64,000 bases of DNA, taken from Octopus sinensis. Lineage: Eukaryota. The stretch lies in the NCBI RefSeq assembly GCF_006345805.1, contig NC_043021.1:24614001-24678000 (forward strand). Direction: 5' to 3'. The number at the start of each line of letters is the position of its first letter. Position 1 is the stretch's first letter. This document shows, in pieces, positions 24,588 to 37,115 of the stretch. Made by a program: the position numbers and the translations under genes. The notes below the pieces were generated by a model, which was not told the DNA's origin, did no database searches, and saw only the letters and a list, made by a program, of their open reading frames with translations.

Positions 24588-24777
24588 AGGGAGACTTTAC
24601 GAAAAAAACAAAAGACGAAGACAGGTGGCGTACAAAACAAACAGATGTGTTAGTATAACACTCAGGAATAGAAAAAGTCTTTTATGTTTCGAGCCTACGC
24701 TCTTCTACAGAAAGGGACACAGAAAAAACAAGGAGAGAAAAAATGTGCGTAGTGGCTAACGATCTATCATGGCGACA
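24588..24777 (-). mobile_element. Penelope pseudo-LTR-like relic with hammerhead-like motif
   Basis: Minus strand CTTT CTGTAGA A GAGC GTAG GCTC GAAAC ATA AAAG at 24676-24716. Confidence 0.55.
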
Positions 24778-24787
24778 GATAGATAGG

Positions 24788-24893
<106 letters not shown>

Positions 24894-24975
24894 TAGATAT
24901 ATATATACGCATGTATTGTGTTTTATTTGTTCTATTTCTTCTGCCCGTATGCATGATTATATATATACATATATG

Positions 24976-25017
<42 letters not shown>

Positions 25018-25023
25018 TCATAT

Positions 25024-25240
25024 CCATCATCATCATCATCATCATTTAACGCCCGCTTTCTATGCTGGCATGGATTGGACGGTTTGACTGAAAACTAGCC
25101 AGCTGGGGAGCTGCACCAGGTTCCAACCTGATTTGCTACAGTTTCTACGGCTGGGTTCTCTCTTTCTAACGCCAACCACTCCAAGGCTGTAGCAGGTGCT
25201 TTTTACGTGCCACCGTCATTGGCCACGACCACGATTCCAC
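25024..25240 (-). mobile_element. Probable SINE/LINE 3' tail ending in (ATG)n
   Basis: CATCATCATTTAACGCCCGCTTTCTATGCTGGCATGGATTGGACGG...CTAACGCCAACCACTCC; I recall it as a common octopus retroposon tail; single copy in this window. Confidence 0.45.
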
Positions 25241-25519
25241 TTGGTTCGACGGCTCTTCTCAAGCCACATATATCTACCTATCTAGACCCCTACTTCAGGT
25301 AATATGTATGTGTCGTCCTGGTCCTTGTCTTCATTAAGGGACGATTCCCGACCGTTGTAAGCATTCGAGCCCCAGATGCCCGCTTTGAGGACGACGCCTT
25401 CGTTTCCTGTTTCCCCAGTCTTGGATGCTCTGGAAACGGTTTTGGGGGCTACTTTCCAGCACCAATTTTTAATTCATACTTTGAGATATCTCTTTGACTC
25501 GATTCTATATCATTATCAG

Positions 25520-25637
25520 CCATATTTGTATCATTATCACCGTCATCATCGTCATTTTGGTGTTGTTGCCGCTGTTGTTGTTGTTGCTCTTATTATTATT
25601 ATTATTATTATTATTAATATTATTATTATTATTAATT

Positions 25638-25671
<34 letters not shown>

Positions 25672-25837
25672 TGGTGGTGGTGGTGGTAGTAGTAGTGGTG
25701 GTGGTGGTGGTGTGGTGGTGGTGGTGGTGGTGGTGGTGGTGGTGGTAGTAGTAGTAGTATCATCACCATCATCATCGTCATCATCATCATTTTGTTGTTG
25801 TTGCCGCTGTTGTTGTTGCTCTTATTATTATTATTAT

Positions 25838-25881
<44 letters not shown>

Positions 25882-25905
25882 TCATCATCATCGTCATCAT
25901 CGCCA
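25520..25905. repeat. Mosaic trinucleotide tract (TGT/TAT/TAG/TGG/CAT), locally duplicated
   Basis: The block TTGTTGCCGCTGTTGTTG..GCTCTTATTATT occurs twice (about 25560 and 25795). Confidence 0.85.
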
Positions 25906-26454
25906 TTGTTTGATTTCGATGATATTCCGCTGGTTCCATGTTGTTGTAATCCTACGCGGCCATGTTTACACGGTGCAACGACTGTTTATATTTTACTCAT
26001 CAGATTATTTAATGGAAACAAAGAAGCTGAAATACAACTTTGCAAATCGATTCCCTCTACTTTCTTTTCCTCTCATTAGGTCTTGCTTCTTATTCTCCTC
26101 CTCCTCCTCCTCCTCCTCCTTTTCACATTCTAACAGCTTTGCTAATCTCAGTCAATCCGGTATGTAATCCGACAACCAAGAAATAATGGAAAATTTCTTT
26201 TAGGGATTCCGTTCCAAAACTCAATCGGTGCGTCGTAAGACGATATCAACATCGACAATGATTAATTCCTTGGAAAATATGACAAAATAAATTAAACCCA
26301 CTCTTCCACATTAATTTCGTTCACATTCTTGTTATTAGTGTCTTTATTGTTATTAATGATTCTGTGATTATTCTTTTAATAAAGACAGCAGTTAATGCTG
26401 ACAGACCAATCTTTCTGGCTGTTACAACTTTGACAGAATTAATTATTATCTTCA

Positions 26455-26653
26455 TCCACATAATAATAATAATATAAAAAAATAATAATAATAATAATAA
26501 TAATATAATAATAATAATAATATAATAATAATAATAATAATAATCATAATAATAATAATATAATAATAATAATAATAAAAATAATAATAATATATAATAA
26601 TAATAATGATAATAATAATAATAATAAAATAATAATAATTAATAATAATAATC

Positions 26654-26735
<82 letters not shown>

Positions 26736-26945
26736 TATAATAATAATAATACTAAAAATAATAATAATAATATAATAATAATAATAATAATAATATAATA
26801 AAAATAATATAATAATAATAATAAAAATAATAAATAATAAAATAATAATATAATAAGAATAATAATAATATAAATAATAATAATAATAATAATAAAATAA
26901 TAATAATATAATATAATGATAATAATTATAATAATAATAATATAA

Positions 26946-26976
<31 letters not shown>

Positions 26977-26990
26977 AAACATAATAATAA

Positions 26991-27040
<50 letters not shown>

Positions 27041-27070
27041 TAATAATAATATAATATATAATAATAATAA

Positions 27071-27124
<54 letters not shown>

Positions 27125-27273
27125 AATAAAAATAATGATAATAATAATAAAATATAATATAATAATAATAATGATAATAATAATAATAATAATAATATAA
27201 TAAAAAAATAATAATAATAATAATAATAAAAAATAATAATAATACTAATAATAATAATAAAATATAATAATAA

Positions 27274-27323
<50 letters not shown>

Positions 27324-27328
27324 TATAA

Positions 27329-27369
<41 letters not shown>

Positions 27370-27418
27370 GTAATAATAATAATAATAATAACAATAATAA
27401 TATAATAATAAAAATAAT

Positions 27419-27450
<32 letters not shown>

Positions 27451-27492
27451 TAATAATAATATAATAATAAAAAATAATAATAATAATAATAA

Positions 27493-27528
<36 letters not shown>

Positions 27529-27560
27529 TAATAATAATAATAACAATAATAATAATAATA
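26455..27560. repeat. About 1.1-kb degenerate (AAT)n microsatellite
   Basis: Direct reading. Confidence 0.97.
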
Positions 27561-27689
27561 ATTCTTATTATTATTTTCATTATCATCTTTCAATTCTGTT
27601 TCCATTTCTTGCCGAGAAACGCACTGTATACATTAATCGGCCATTAATATAAACACACCTGATTATTATCATTATTATTATTCCTTCGT

Positions 27690-28905
27690 AACACAGTGTA
27701 GGTCCTGGGTGGATGTTGTTTACCTGGACTTTGCTAAGGCTTTTAATTCTGTTCCACACAAAAGGTTTATGGTGAAACTCTGCAATGGTGTAACAGATGA
27801 CGTTGAAGTCCTTCATTATCGGCCGAAAAGAGGTTGTCACGGTTTTAGGACAGCACTCTTCGCCCTATGAGATGACATCTGGTGTACCACAGGGATCTGT
27901 TCTTGGCCCCCTTTTATTTGTTGCATATGTTAATGACATAGATGCCAACTTAGATAATGCCACAGTGCTGAAATATGCAGATGACATCAAGCTGTACCTC
28001 GAAATAAAGAGGTCAGATCCTGTACACTATAGATCTCTATTGCAATCAGACCTGGACACAATGCAGCAGTGGATCATGGACTGGCAACTCAAGCTGGCTG
28101 TGGACAAATGTACCACCATGCATTTTGGGAGGAAAAAAATCAGCGTCTACTTACTCCCTCCACAACACTAATCTCAAAATTCTTGTGAACGTGGCCTGAG
28201 CGTTATTGTCGACAGCGATATGCGTTGGACAAAATACATCGCTAAAATTGTCAAGAAGGCTGAGGGTGTCTTGGCATCACTCACCAAGTCCTTTGTGAGC
28301 CCCTCTCCGGCTATCTATCTGCGGCTTTATATTGCTATGGTACGACCTCACCTGGAATTTGCATCACCGGTCTGGATATTGCCCAGAATATCAATCGTCT
28401 GGAAGCCGTTCAGCGACGTGCAGCCAAGAGAATACCCTCCATCAGGCATTTGCCATATTCTGAACGCCTTACATACCTGGGCATGGATACATTGAAACTC
28501 CGACGTCTGGCAGCTGACTTGGCAACACCCATAAAATTATTAACCATCTTACAAACAATAACTCTGAGCCCTTTTTCAAACTCCATCTGTCTAACACCTG
28601 TGGACATATTTACAAAGTCAGAAAACAGCACAGCTCCCATGACTTTCGGAAACATTTTTTCACGCTAAGAGCTACTGAAGCATGGAACAAACTGCCGGCA
28701 TCAATTGTTAGTTGTCGGAGCATTGCATCCTTAAAAACTTCCATGCTTCCCGAGATTCTCCCCTCCATACACACGCAAGCATGTATCTGAATCATACACT
28801 GTTCACTTTCCAGACATCTGTACATTACTGCATATACTTTATACGCACTTTTGACAAGCTGTGGTGCACCTGAGCACTAAATACAATAATTTCATTATTA
28901 TTATT
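27690..28905 (+). mobile_element. CR1-type LINE RT/3' fragment
   Basis: YLDFAKAFNSVPH, SGVPQGSVLGPLLF, KYADDIKLY, YIAMVRPHLEFASPVW; ends in an (ATT)n tail. Confidence 0.9.
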
Positions 28906-28907
28906 AT

Positions 28908-29905
28908 GCACCGGAGTCTTTAGTCATCCGTCAAGTCACAACAAGGACCTCACACAGATAATACTTTCCTCGAGATGTGCACTGTGCCCAATAACACTGC
29001 TTTTTGCAGGACATCAATCTTGCATGGGATTTCCAGTTGCTTTAAGAAGTTTTGAAGCTTCAATGGGATTGAGCCCAACATTCCGATCACCACTGGTATC
29101 ACTTTTACATTACCCTCGCATTCCATACGGTCTTGCCATTTCCAATTTAAATTCGGAGTACTTGATGATTTTTCCTTTCAACCTTTTTACTCACAACATT
29201 CATGTCATTTGGTATGGCTACATCAATGATCTGAGAGTTATTGTTTCTCTTATCACAATATCCGGCCGACGGTGTTCGATTACATGATCCGTCTGAAAAT
29301 CATAGTCCCAGAGTATCGTTACTTTTCTATCCTCCTGCATGACTTTACTTGGTACATGCTCAGACCACTTCTCTGTTACTTCATATTGGTATTTACTCCA
29401 TAAGAGCCAATGAAGATACACACACACTTTATCGTGGCGGCGCTAGTATTCTTTTTGTGCAAGACTCTCACATCTACTTACCAAGTGAGTCACATTTTCC
29501 ACACTCCTTCCATAGAGTCTGCATTTCTGGGTCTCAGAAGTTTCATAGACGTTATATTTCACTGAATTGGTAGCGAGAGCCTGGTCTCGTGCAGCAATGA
29601 TCAGGCTTTCGGTGGTACGCTTCAAATCACCTCGCTCAAGCCATTCCCACGATGCTGTATTATCCTTAACGTCCTGTGTATTCCTTTCAACCTGTTCATG
29701 CATTCTCGTTTCGAGAAGGTCTTCTTTTCTCTTCTCCTCAGCTCTTTGGTTAAACTCTTCCTTGTCCATCATTTCATCTGCATTTACCTCCATATCTTTC
29801 GCGGCATATTGCAGCAGGTCTTCATTACTATTTATTAAATACTCGGCAAGCGTTCTCCTTTCACTCCTTATAGGATGGGCTATACTAATTAGTCCTCTGC
29901 CACCA
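28908..29905 (-). mobile_element. R4/Dong-type LINE 3' fragment (CCHC plus RLE endonuclease)
   Basis: ESLIIAARDQALAT, CRLYGRSVENVTHLVSRC, ILWDYDFQTDHVIEHRRPDIV. Confidence 0.85.
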
Positions 29906-29979
29906 TTTTGTCTTTTCTATTATTATTATTATTACTATTATTATTATTATTATTATTTATTATTATTATTATTATTATT

Positions 29980-30526
29980 GAGTGGGAGAGCAGTGGATGC
30001 CATCAAAGTAACGCCGAGGTAAAATATACGAAATATACGAAATATACCCGTCTGATAAGGGTACACCAGGCACATGCAACACAGCCGTATGTGCGCGACA
30101 TGGTGATCTCATTTCAAGATAAACTGCAATGACCTTGCAGGTGGGGCCCAGTTAGAATTTTCTTATGGTCGAGTAACCCATCCCACTCAAAAAGTCCCTG
30201 AATAAGGGTTGTTTAAGGATGTTGAACGAAACATCCATGTTACCAGAGGTGAATTATTCAAACCCCAAAGAATCCCTCTCAACATATGGCTGTGATGCTC
30301 CCCCACTACTTCTGCTCGTGATCAGAAATGCACATATCGTCAGCCACTAAGAGACATGCTCAACTGGTTAAGGTCAAACAACTGACAAGCAAATCTATGG
30401 TATTGAGCAGAATATTTGCTGCAGCCCATCTTTTATACCAAGACAAAACAATGTACATGATGACACTTCCAATCAGTTAAGATCAGAAGCCACGAGAGCC
30501 ACTGCCTGGTATTGCATCAGGGCATT
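29980..30526. repeat. Probable interspersed repeat of unknown class
   Basis: Complex sequence bounded by microsatellites; recalled as an abundant octopus repeat, but there is no second copy in the window. Confidence 0.3.
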
Positions 30527-31490
30527 TATTGTTGTTGTTGTTGTTGTTATTATTATTGTGATGGTGGTGGTGTAGTGCCGATCGCCGTTGTCTTAATTTA
30601 TAATCGCAGTCCAACATTTATATATATTATCTGCAATGAAAACAACAGAAGCTGGTCTTTTATCCACGATTCTCTTCTTACGCAATTTTTTCACAAATTC
30701 CTTTCAAAACTGTTTCGCTTCCTTCTGCTCTACTCGCGAATTTATATCATCACGCACCAACATCCGCCATACACCACAGCACCAACAACAGACAATAACA
30801 ACAGTACTGTATTCTACATAAGACCGCCGCCGCCGCCACCACACCACGAAATATACTTTCATGACCCATCATCATCATTATCATCATCAATATCAATGTG
30901 ATTATAAAACCACAGCCCAACCTCCAACAAGTTCAAGTAAATTAATGTCGGCTGTTTTATCTCCTCCACATTTCGAGCAATTACGACAAGATGTGTCTTC
31001 GAGAAATAGATGCTCCCGCAAAGCAAAATAAAATTTGGGATTTGCGGAGGGTCAATGTTGGTAACAAAAACAGGACAGTGAAAACAAATAGTAAGGGCTG
31101 CTAAGCCATAACAAGGTGAGGTGGCGAACGCTGGAGGAACAATCTTTGACAGGAGAAAAGATAGGAGAGGAGACAGACAAGAATGCGTGTGATCTGTGTG
31201 ACAGATCAAAAGGAAAGAAAGAAGCTCAAGTTAGGAAAAGAAAAATGGCCGATGGTTACGTGTGAGCAACGAGAGAGTAAAAGAGGAAGAGTGGTAAAGA
31301 GAGAGGGACAGAAAGGGAACGGTGAAGGAGACAGGAAAAGAATTAGAGAAAGGATGAGAGAGAAAAAACGAAAGGGAGAGAAGGGGAGATAAAGAGAATT
31401 AGAGAAAGGAAGAGAGAAGAAACGAAAGGGTGGGGAGAGAGCAGTACAGAGAGTCGCATCAAAATTATTAGGATAAACTTACTTGGAAAT

Positions 31491-31818
31491 GCGGTCGTAG
31501 GATCACGGTTTCGATTCCCAGACCGGGTGTTGTGAGTGTTTATTGATCGAACACACCTACAGCTCCACGAGGCTCCGGCAGTGGCGGGGCCAACACTGCT
31601 GTACTATTTCTCTCACTCTTTCTTCCTGTTTCTGTTGTACCTGTATTTCAAAGGGCCAGTCTTGTCACACTCTGTGTCACGCTGAATCGCCCCGAGAAGT
31701 ACGTTAAGGGTGCACGTGTCTGTGGAGTACTCAGTCACTTGCACGTTAATTTCACGAGCAGGATGTTCCGTTGATTGGATCAACTGGAACCCTCCTCGTC
31801 GTAACCGACGGAGTGCCC
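31491..31818 (+). mobile_element. SINE family D head with the tail seen at 5820-5950
   Basis: GTCGTAGGATCACGGTTTCGATTCCCAGACCGGG head; GCTGAATCGCCCCGAGAA...TGTTCCGTTGAT tail. Confidence 0.75.
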
Positions 31819-31872
<54 letters not shown>

Positions 31873-31874
<2 letters not shown>

Positions 31875-32891
31875 CTAGCATTAAAACCCGTCGTTGCCGG
31901 GTCATAGTGCTAGTGCATGTATATATGTGTATATATATGTGTACATATTACATGTGCATCTATATATGTACATCTACACATAAAATACAAAATACAAAGT
32001 TATATCTTGATATCGCTAGTGATAACAATACTGAATTGTTAGCCCGTCTCTTGTAATTTCGATCAATTGTATCTTGTCCTCCCTCTTGTATAGAAGTGTG
32101 GCTACAATCCTGCCTACCTCTACTTCAGGGGGGGGGGGCATTTAAAATTTTTTTCCGGGATGTCCTACGTCCCAGATATAAAGGTAAAAATAAAATATCT
32201 CCACTTTGCAAGTTCGAGTCGAGTACACCCTTGCACGCTCCGTTGACTCGAAACTTGCTTCTATTGTGGCGAATTTACCGCCTTTGATTAGATACCTTAC
32301 GTAGTCGCACCAAGACACTTTTCGATGGTGCTTTCCTCCATGTGTTCAAATCTTCTTTTTTCTCTACATTGTATACTTTATTGACAATAGTCTTTTCTTT
32401 AATTTAATTTTTTATTATCCATCTGGACTATTCCATTTCTGCACGCTAATTTTATCTTTAATTTATTCCCATTCATGTGAAACCACTTATTCAAGTTCAA
32501 ATCATTGATGCAATTTTATACCAATTGCTATTTTTACTCTTGTTATGTTACGATTATATTATACTTTAATTTGATTTTAATTATTACTTACTATATATAA
32601 TTCAATTGTTATTATTATTTTTATTGTTAAAGTGAAAGTATCTGACATAAAATAGAGAAATGATTTTGTTTCACTTTTAACACGTAATACTGAAATAGTG
32701 GAGAAGATATGATATTGCTATGGGCTCGCTCTAGGCAAGAAGTTGAACATTTTTTTTTCCATGAAACTACATGGATCCTAAGTAAGTCATGTGTAAAATT
32801 TGAATGAAATTGGTTGTGTAGTTCTCAAGTTTTAGGGAAACACACAGACAGACAGACAGACACACATTCTCAGTTTTATATATATAAAGAT
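31873..32891 (+). mobile_element. Helitron/Helentron-type non-autonomous element (HINE/Lep1-like)
   Basis: 5' TACTAGC followed by stem AACCCG-TCGTTGC-CGGGTC; 3' (CAGA)n then CACACATTCTCAGTTTTATATATATAAAGAT; TA-rich flanks. Interior continuity is not proven. Confidence 0.5.
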
Positions 32892-32984
32892 ATACATATG
32901 TATACATATATATATACATATATGAACATTACATATATATATAGAGAGAGAGAGGGGGGAGATGAGAGAAAGCGATTTAATCTT

Positions 32985-33150
32985 TTACTTGTTTCTCATT
33001 GGGCTTCGGCATTACATGGACCAAATCGATACCATTGCTTATTTTTTTAAGCCTGGTATTTATTCTGTCCGACTCTTTTGCCGAACTGTTACGTCACAGG
33101 AACGTAAACAAACCAGCACCGATTGTCAAGCGGTGATGGTGAACAAACGC
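32985..33150 (-). mobile_element. Diverged SINE family B 3' module
   Basis: CTTTTACTTGTTTC...CTCTTTTGCCGAAC...CCAGCACCGATTGTCAAGCG. Confidence 0.7.
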
Positions 33151-33389
33151 AAACATTTCGGTTATTATGAGACTAATAACCTGGTGTAGAACGCAATACA
33201 GGTGCGCTTCTGTTAGTTAAGTACAGAGCAGTAATAAGATGAGAGGATAAAGGAATAGGCGATAATCTTAAACCTTCCACTGGCTTCCAGCTGTTTCTGT
33301 TATGAGATGAAGTGCACTTCATATTCAAGGCTCCGGTGAAGCTGTGGGGTGTTACTCAGGCACTCGCCCCCACCAACAACACTCTATGC

Positions 33390-33406
33390 ACGTATATGTA
33401 TGTATG

Positions 33407-33442
<36 letters not shown>

Positions 33443-33492
33443 TGTATGTATGTATGTATGTATGTTTATATGTTTGTATGTATGTATGTATG

Positions 33493-33526
<34 letters not shown>

Positions 33527-33928
33527 TGTGTGTGATGTATGTATGTATGTAGTATGTATGTATGTATGGTATGTATGTATGTATGTATGTATGTATGTAG
33601 GTATGTATGTATGTATGATGTATGTATGTATGTATGTAGGTATGTATGTATGTATGTGTGTGTATGTATGTATATGTATGTATGTATGTATGTGTATGTA
33701 TGTATGTATGTATGTATGTATTGTATGTATGTATGTGTATGTATGTATGTGTGTGTATGTATGTTGTATGTATGTATGTATGTATGTATTATGTATGTAT
33801 GTATGGTATGTATGTATGTGTGTGATGTATGTATGTATGTATGTATGTATGTATATGTATGTATGTAGTATGTATGTATGTATGATGTATGTATGTATGT
33901 ATGTATGTATGTATGTATGTATGTATGT
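33390..33928. repeat. About 540-bp (TATG)n tract
   Basis: Direct reading. Confidence 0.97.
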
Positions 33929-34211
33929 GTCCCCGGGGGCTGCGTGTTAACGTTTGCACTGGCCTAAAATTTCTCGAGGTCGCGTAACTTTGTGGATTGA
34001 GAATTAGGGACCGATAAAATGAATATTGAATCGAAATGATCGACACAAACACTTGAAGGCAGATCGATGCCGGAAAGCATTGGAAGGAAAGAATAAATAA
34101 ATAAACAAACACCCGAATCGAGTATTAGGAAAGGGGAATAACTCTTAGAAGGAGACCATTTCTACAGTTATTTCCCTTGTTTTGCCTACGCAAAAAAAAA
34201 AATTGATAGTA

Positions 34212-34813
34212 CCGTAAATCCTCGAGTATAGTCCGCCCTTGTGTATAACACGCAGGGGATTTTTAGGCGGCTGTACCTCTGAAAAACCTAAACCTTGTGT
34301 ATAATACGCACCCCTTCTCTAACTTGAGTCAAGGAGGTCTATTTAACGTCCTTGGTTTGTTAAAATGTATACGGTAACGTCCTTTATTATTGCCTTCTTG
34401 CCTTCTTTATCTTTGGCATCTGTTTAATTTCATCTTTATTTCTTCTCCATAACCTGACATTGCTTTCGTCAACATCAAATTTTCTTCAGGCGGCCCTATT
34501 ACCATGCTCTTCAGCATATGATATAACTTCAAGTTTAAACATAGCTGAATAAGATCTACGAGGCATTTTATGGGCAAGTAATGTATAAAATGTTTTATTG
34601 GAGATTAATGTACAGGTTTAAGTGACGCTTATAAAAAGCCCTAGTAAAGCCCCACAGCAGTTCAAACATTTAATACTGGTATTCAATTAAGTATCCATTG
34701 TTTGCCACGGTAATGAAAATATTTTTCATTTTTAACCTCGTATATAGTACGCACTAGGGATTTTGACCTTTAAATTTTGGGAAAAAATGCGGATTATACT
34801 CGAGGATTTGCGG
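34212..34813 (-). mobile_element. Internally deleted pogo/Tc2-like DNA transposon retaining a Brinker-type DNA-binding domain fragment
   Basis: TIRs CCGTAAATCCTCGAGTATAGTCCGC / GCGGATTATACTCGAGGATTTGCGG, TA on both sides; minus 34566-34400 reads MPRRSYSAMFKLEVISYAEEHGNRAA*RKFDVDESNVRLWRRK. Confidence 0.85.
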
Positions 34814-35531
34814 TAAAAGAAACGGGAAGAAGACAAATCTATAGAGTAAAAAAGAGTTACAACAGCAGAGAAGGAAGAAAGGATGTGTGTGTGTGTGGGG
34901 GGGGGGGGTGTCTGACTGGCTGTCTGTCTGTCTGTGCGCTATATGTTATAATTTGGAATAATAAAATTTACTGTGGAAGTTAAATATAAACAATAGAAAA
35001 ACGGAGAGAAAGAGGCAAAATATGAAAGCCTGGATTTAAGTTATTTCGCCCCAGTCATTCTGGTAGAACTTTTGGGTTTTACTGCTCGGTCGATTGTTTG
35101 AGAAGCTTCCTCCTACGATATTAACCCCCGCGTTTGTAAATTGTGTTCAAGGAAGTCACTTGCTATCTTTCACCATTATAACTTCTCGTCACTCAAAAGG
35201 TTCTCCAACATAATTTGCTCATGTAAGCACAAATTTTTCTCCACAAATTTTTCTCCACTCTCTATAATCTCAATTATGATTAAGCACAAACTTGTGTTTA
35301 TTCCTTCTCTTTTAGTCTCTTTTTCTCATGTACTTATCTCCATATCTCTGCCTATTGTCCTCCTCCTATCTTTCTCTGTCACCCGCTTTCATTCCTAATT
35401 GATTTAATCCACCCCACTCTCTTCTCCTCGTACCTTTCTCCAACCTCACCAGCACCTGTCGGTGAGGTAGGCAGAGATGATTGACACCAGCACTTGAAGG
35501 TAGTCTGGTGCCGGGAAGTATTGAAAGAAAA

Positions 35532-35704
35532 CACAGGAGTGGCTGTGTGGTAAGTAGCTTGCTTACCAACCACATAGTTCTGGGTTCAGTCCCACTGCAT
35601 GGTACCTTGGGCAAGTGTCGTCTACTATAGCCTCGGGCTGACCAAAGCCTTGTGAGTGGATTTGGTAGACGGAAACTGAAAGAAGCCCGTCGTATATATG
35701 TATG

Positions 35705-35796
<92 letters not shown>

Positions 35797-36023
35797 ATAT
35801 ATATATATATGCGTGTGTGTGTTTGTGTGTCTGTGTTTGTCCCCCTAGCATTGCTTGACAACCGATGCTGGTGTGTTTATGTCCCCGTTACTTAGCGGTT
35901 CGGCAAAAGAGACCGATAGAATAAGTACTGGGCTTACAAAAGAATAAGTCCCGGGGTCGAGTTGCTCGATTAAAGGCGGTGCTCCAGCATGGCCGCAGTC
36001 AAATGACTGAAACAAGTAAAAGA
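35532..36023 (+). mobile_element. SINE family B, full length, young
   Basis: Complete head, long internal (TA)n(TG)n, 3' module nearly identical to 52381-52575. Confidence 0.92.
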
Positions 36024-36089
36024 GAAATAGATAATGAGGTATTACCCGAGTCAAGTGATTTTCTTTTATGTCCGGGCCTTCGAGGCAGG

Positions 36090-36240
36090 TTGGATGAGAC
36101 CAGGGCGTTAGCAAACTGATCACCTCGCACTGTGGACTTTGCCGAAGACCAGTTGATGATGTTGAACCGGGTGCAAGTGTTAAACTTGGTGATCGATTTA
36201 GTCTATAAGCTAACAATTCAGACGATAGAGGGCCGCAAGG
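36090..36240 (-). mobile_element. Possible decayed mariner transposase fragment
   Basis: Frameshifted FNII..HQLVFGKV.SARW-like peptide resembling the mariner linker region. Confidence 0.3.
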
Positions 36241-36752
36241 AATATGACAAGACACTGGTTTGGAATGGTGGATTTATAAATCGTCGGAAAGATGAACGGA
36301 AAAGTTGATCTCTGAGAGATTTGAAAAAAAAAGTGCAGAAAATTTGGATAATCCCTGCAAAGCTTTTGATCCAAAACTTGGATATCTCTCTACCAATTCT
36401 TCGAGAGATCCTGAACATCACAATGTTCCGTAGTAGATGAGACAGTCGCAGAGTCGAGATTAAATGCAGGCGTTTCCAGAACTTGTTTCAAGCTTAAAAG
36501 CCAAACCTGTGACGTCACTGGCTGCCTTCTCTTCCGATGTACAACTTAACGATTTACTCTCCTCGTTTAAGTTTGAAATTCAATTTTAATCGTTATTATT
36601 ATTATTATTATTTGTGTGACGACGGTGATTGCGTAGTCGAGCGGTCAAGCAATTCACTTCCGCCATAAACTCGCTTCCGATCAATCTTGTAAAATCTTGT
36701 GAAGGAAATAACAAATCCCAACGCTCCGTGAGAGAGAGAGAGAGAGAGAGAG

Positions 36753-36831
<79 letters not shown>

Positions 36832-36965
36832 ATAGTTACCCTCTTTGTAACGGCTGCTGGCCTTTTTTTTTCTCTGTTTTTCAGTGCATTTCCCCCCAAT
36901 TTTCTGAAAGCCATTCTCCTGTGCTCGGAATTTTCTTAATATCTAAAAGTGTATATGGAGGGAGG

Positions 36966-37001
<36 letters not shown>

Positions 37002-37019
37002 CAGAGAGAGAGAGAGACG

Positions 37020-37115
<96 letters not shown>

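Noticed and set aside
26652-27605. 317-aa hydrophobic ORF resembling a membrane protein
   Set aside because: It is simply the reverse strand of the (AAT)n tract.
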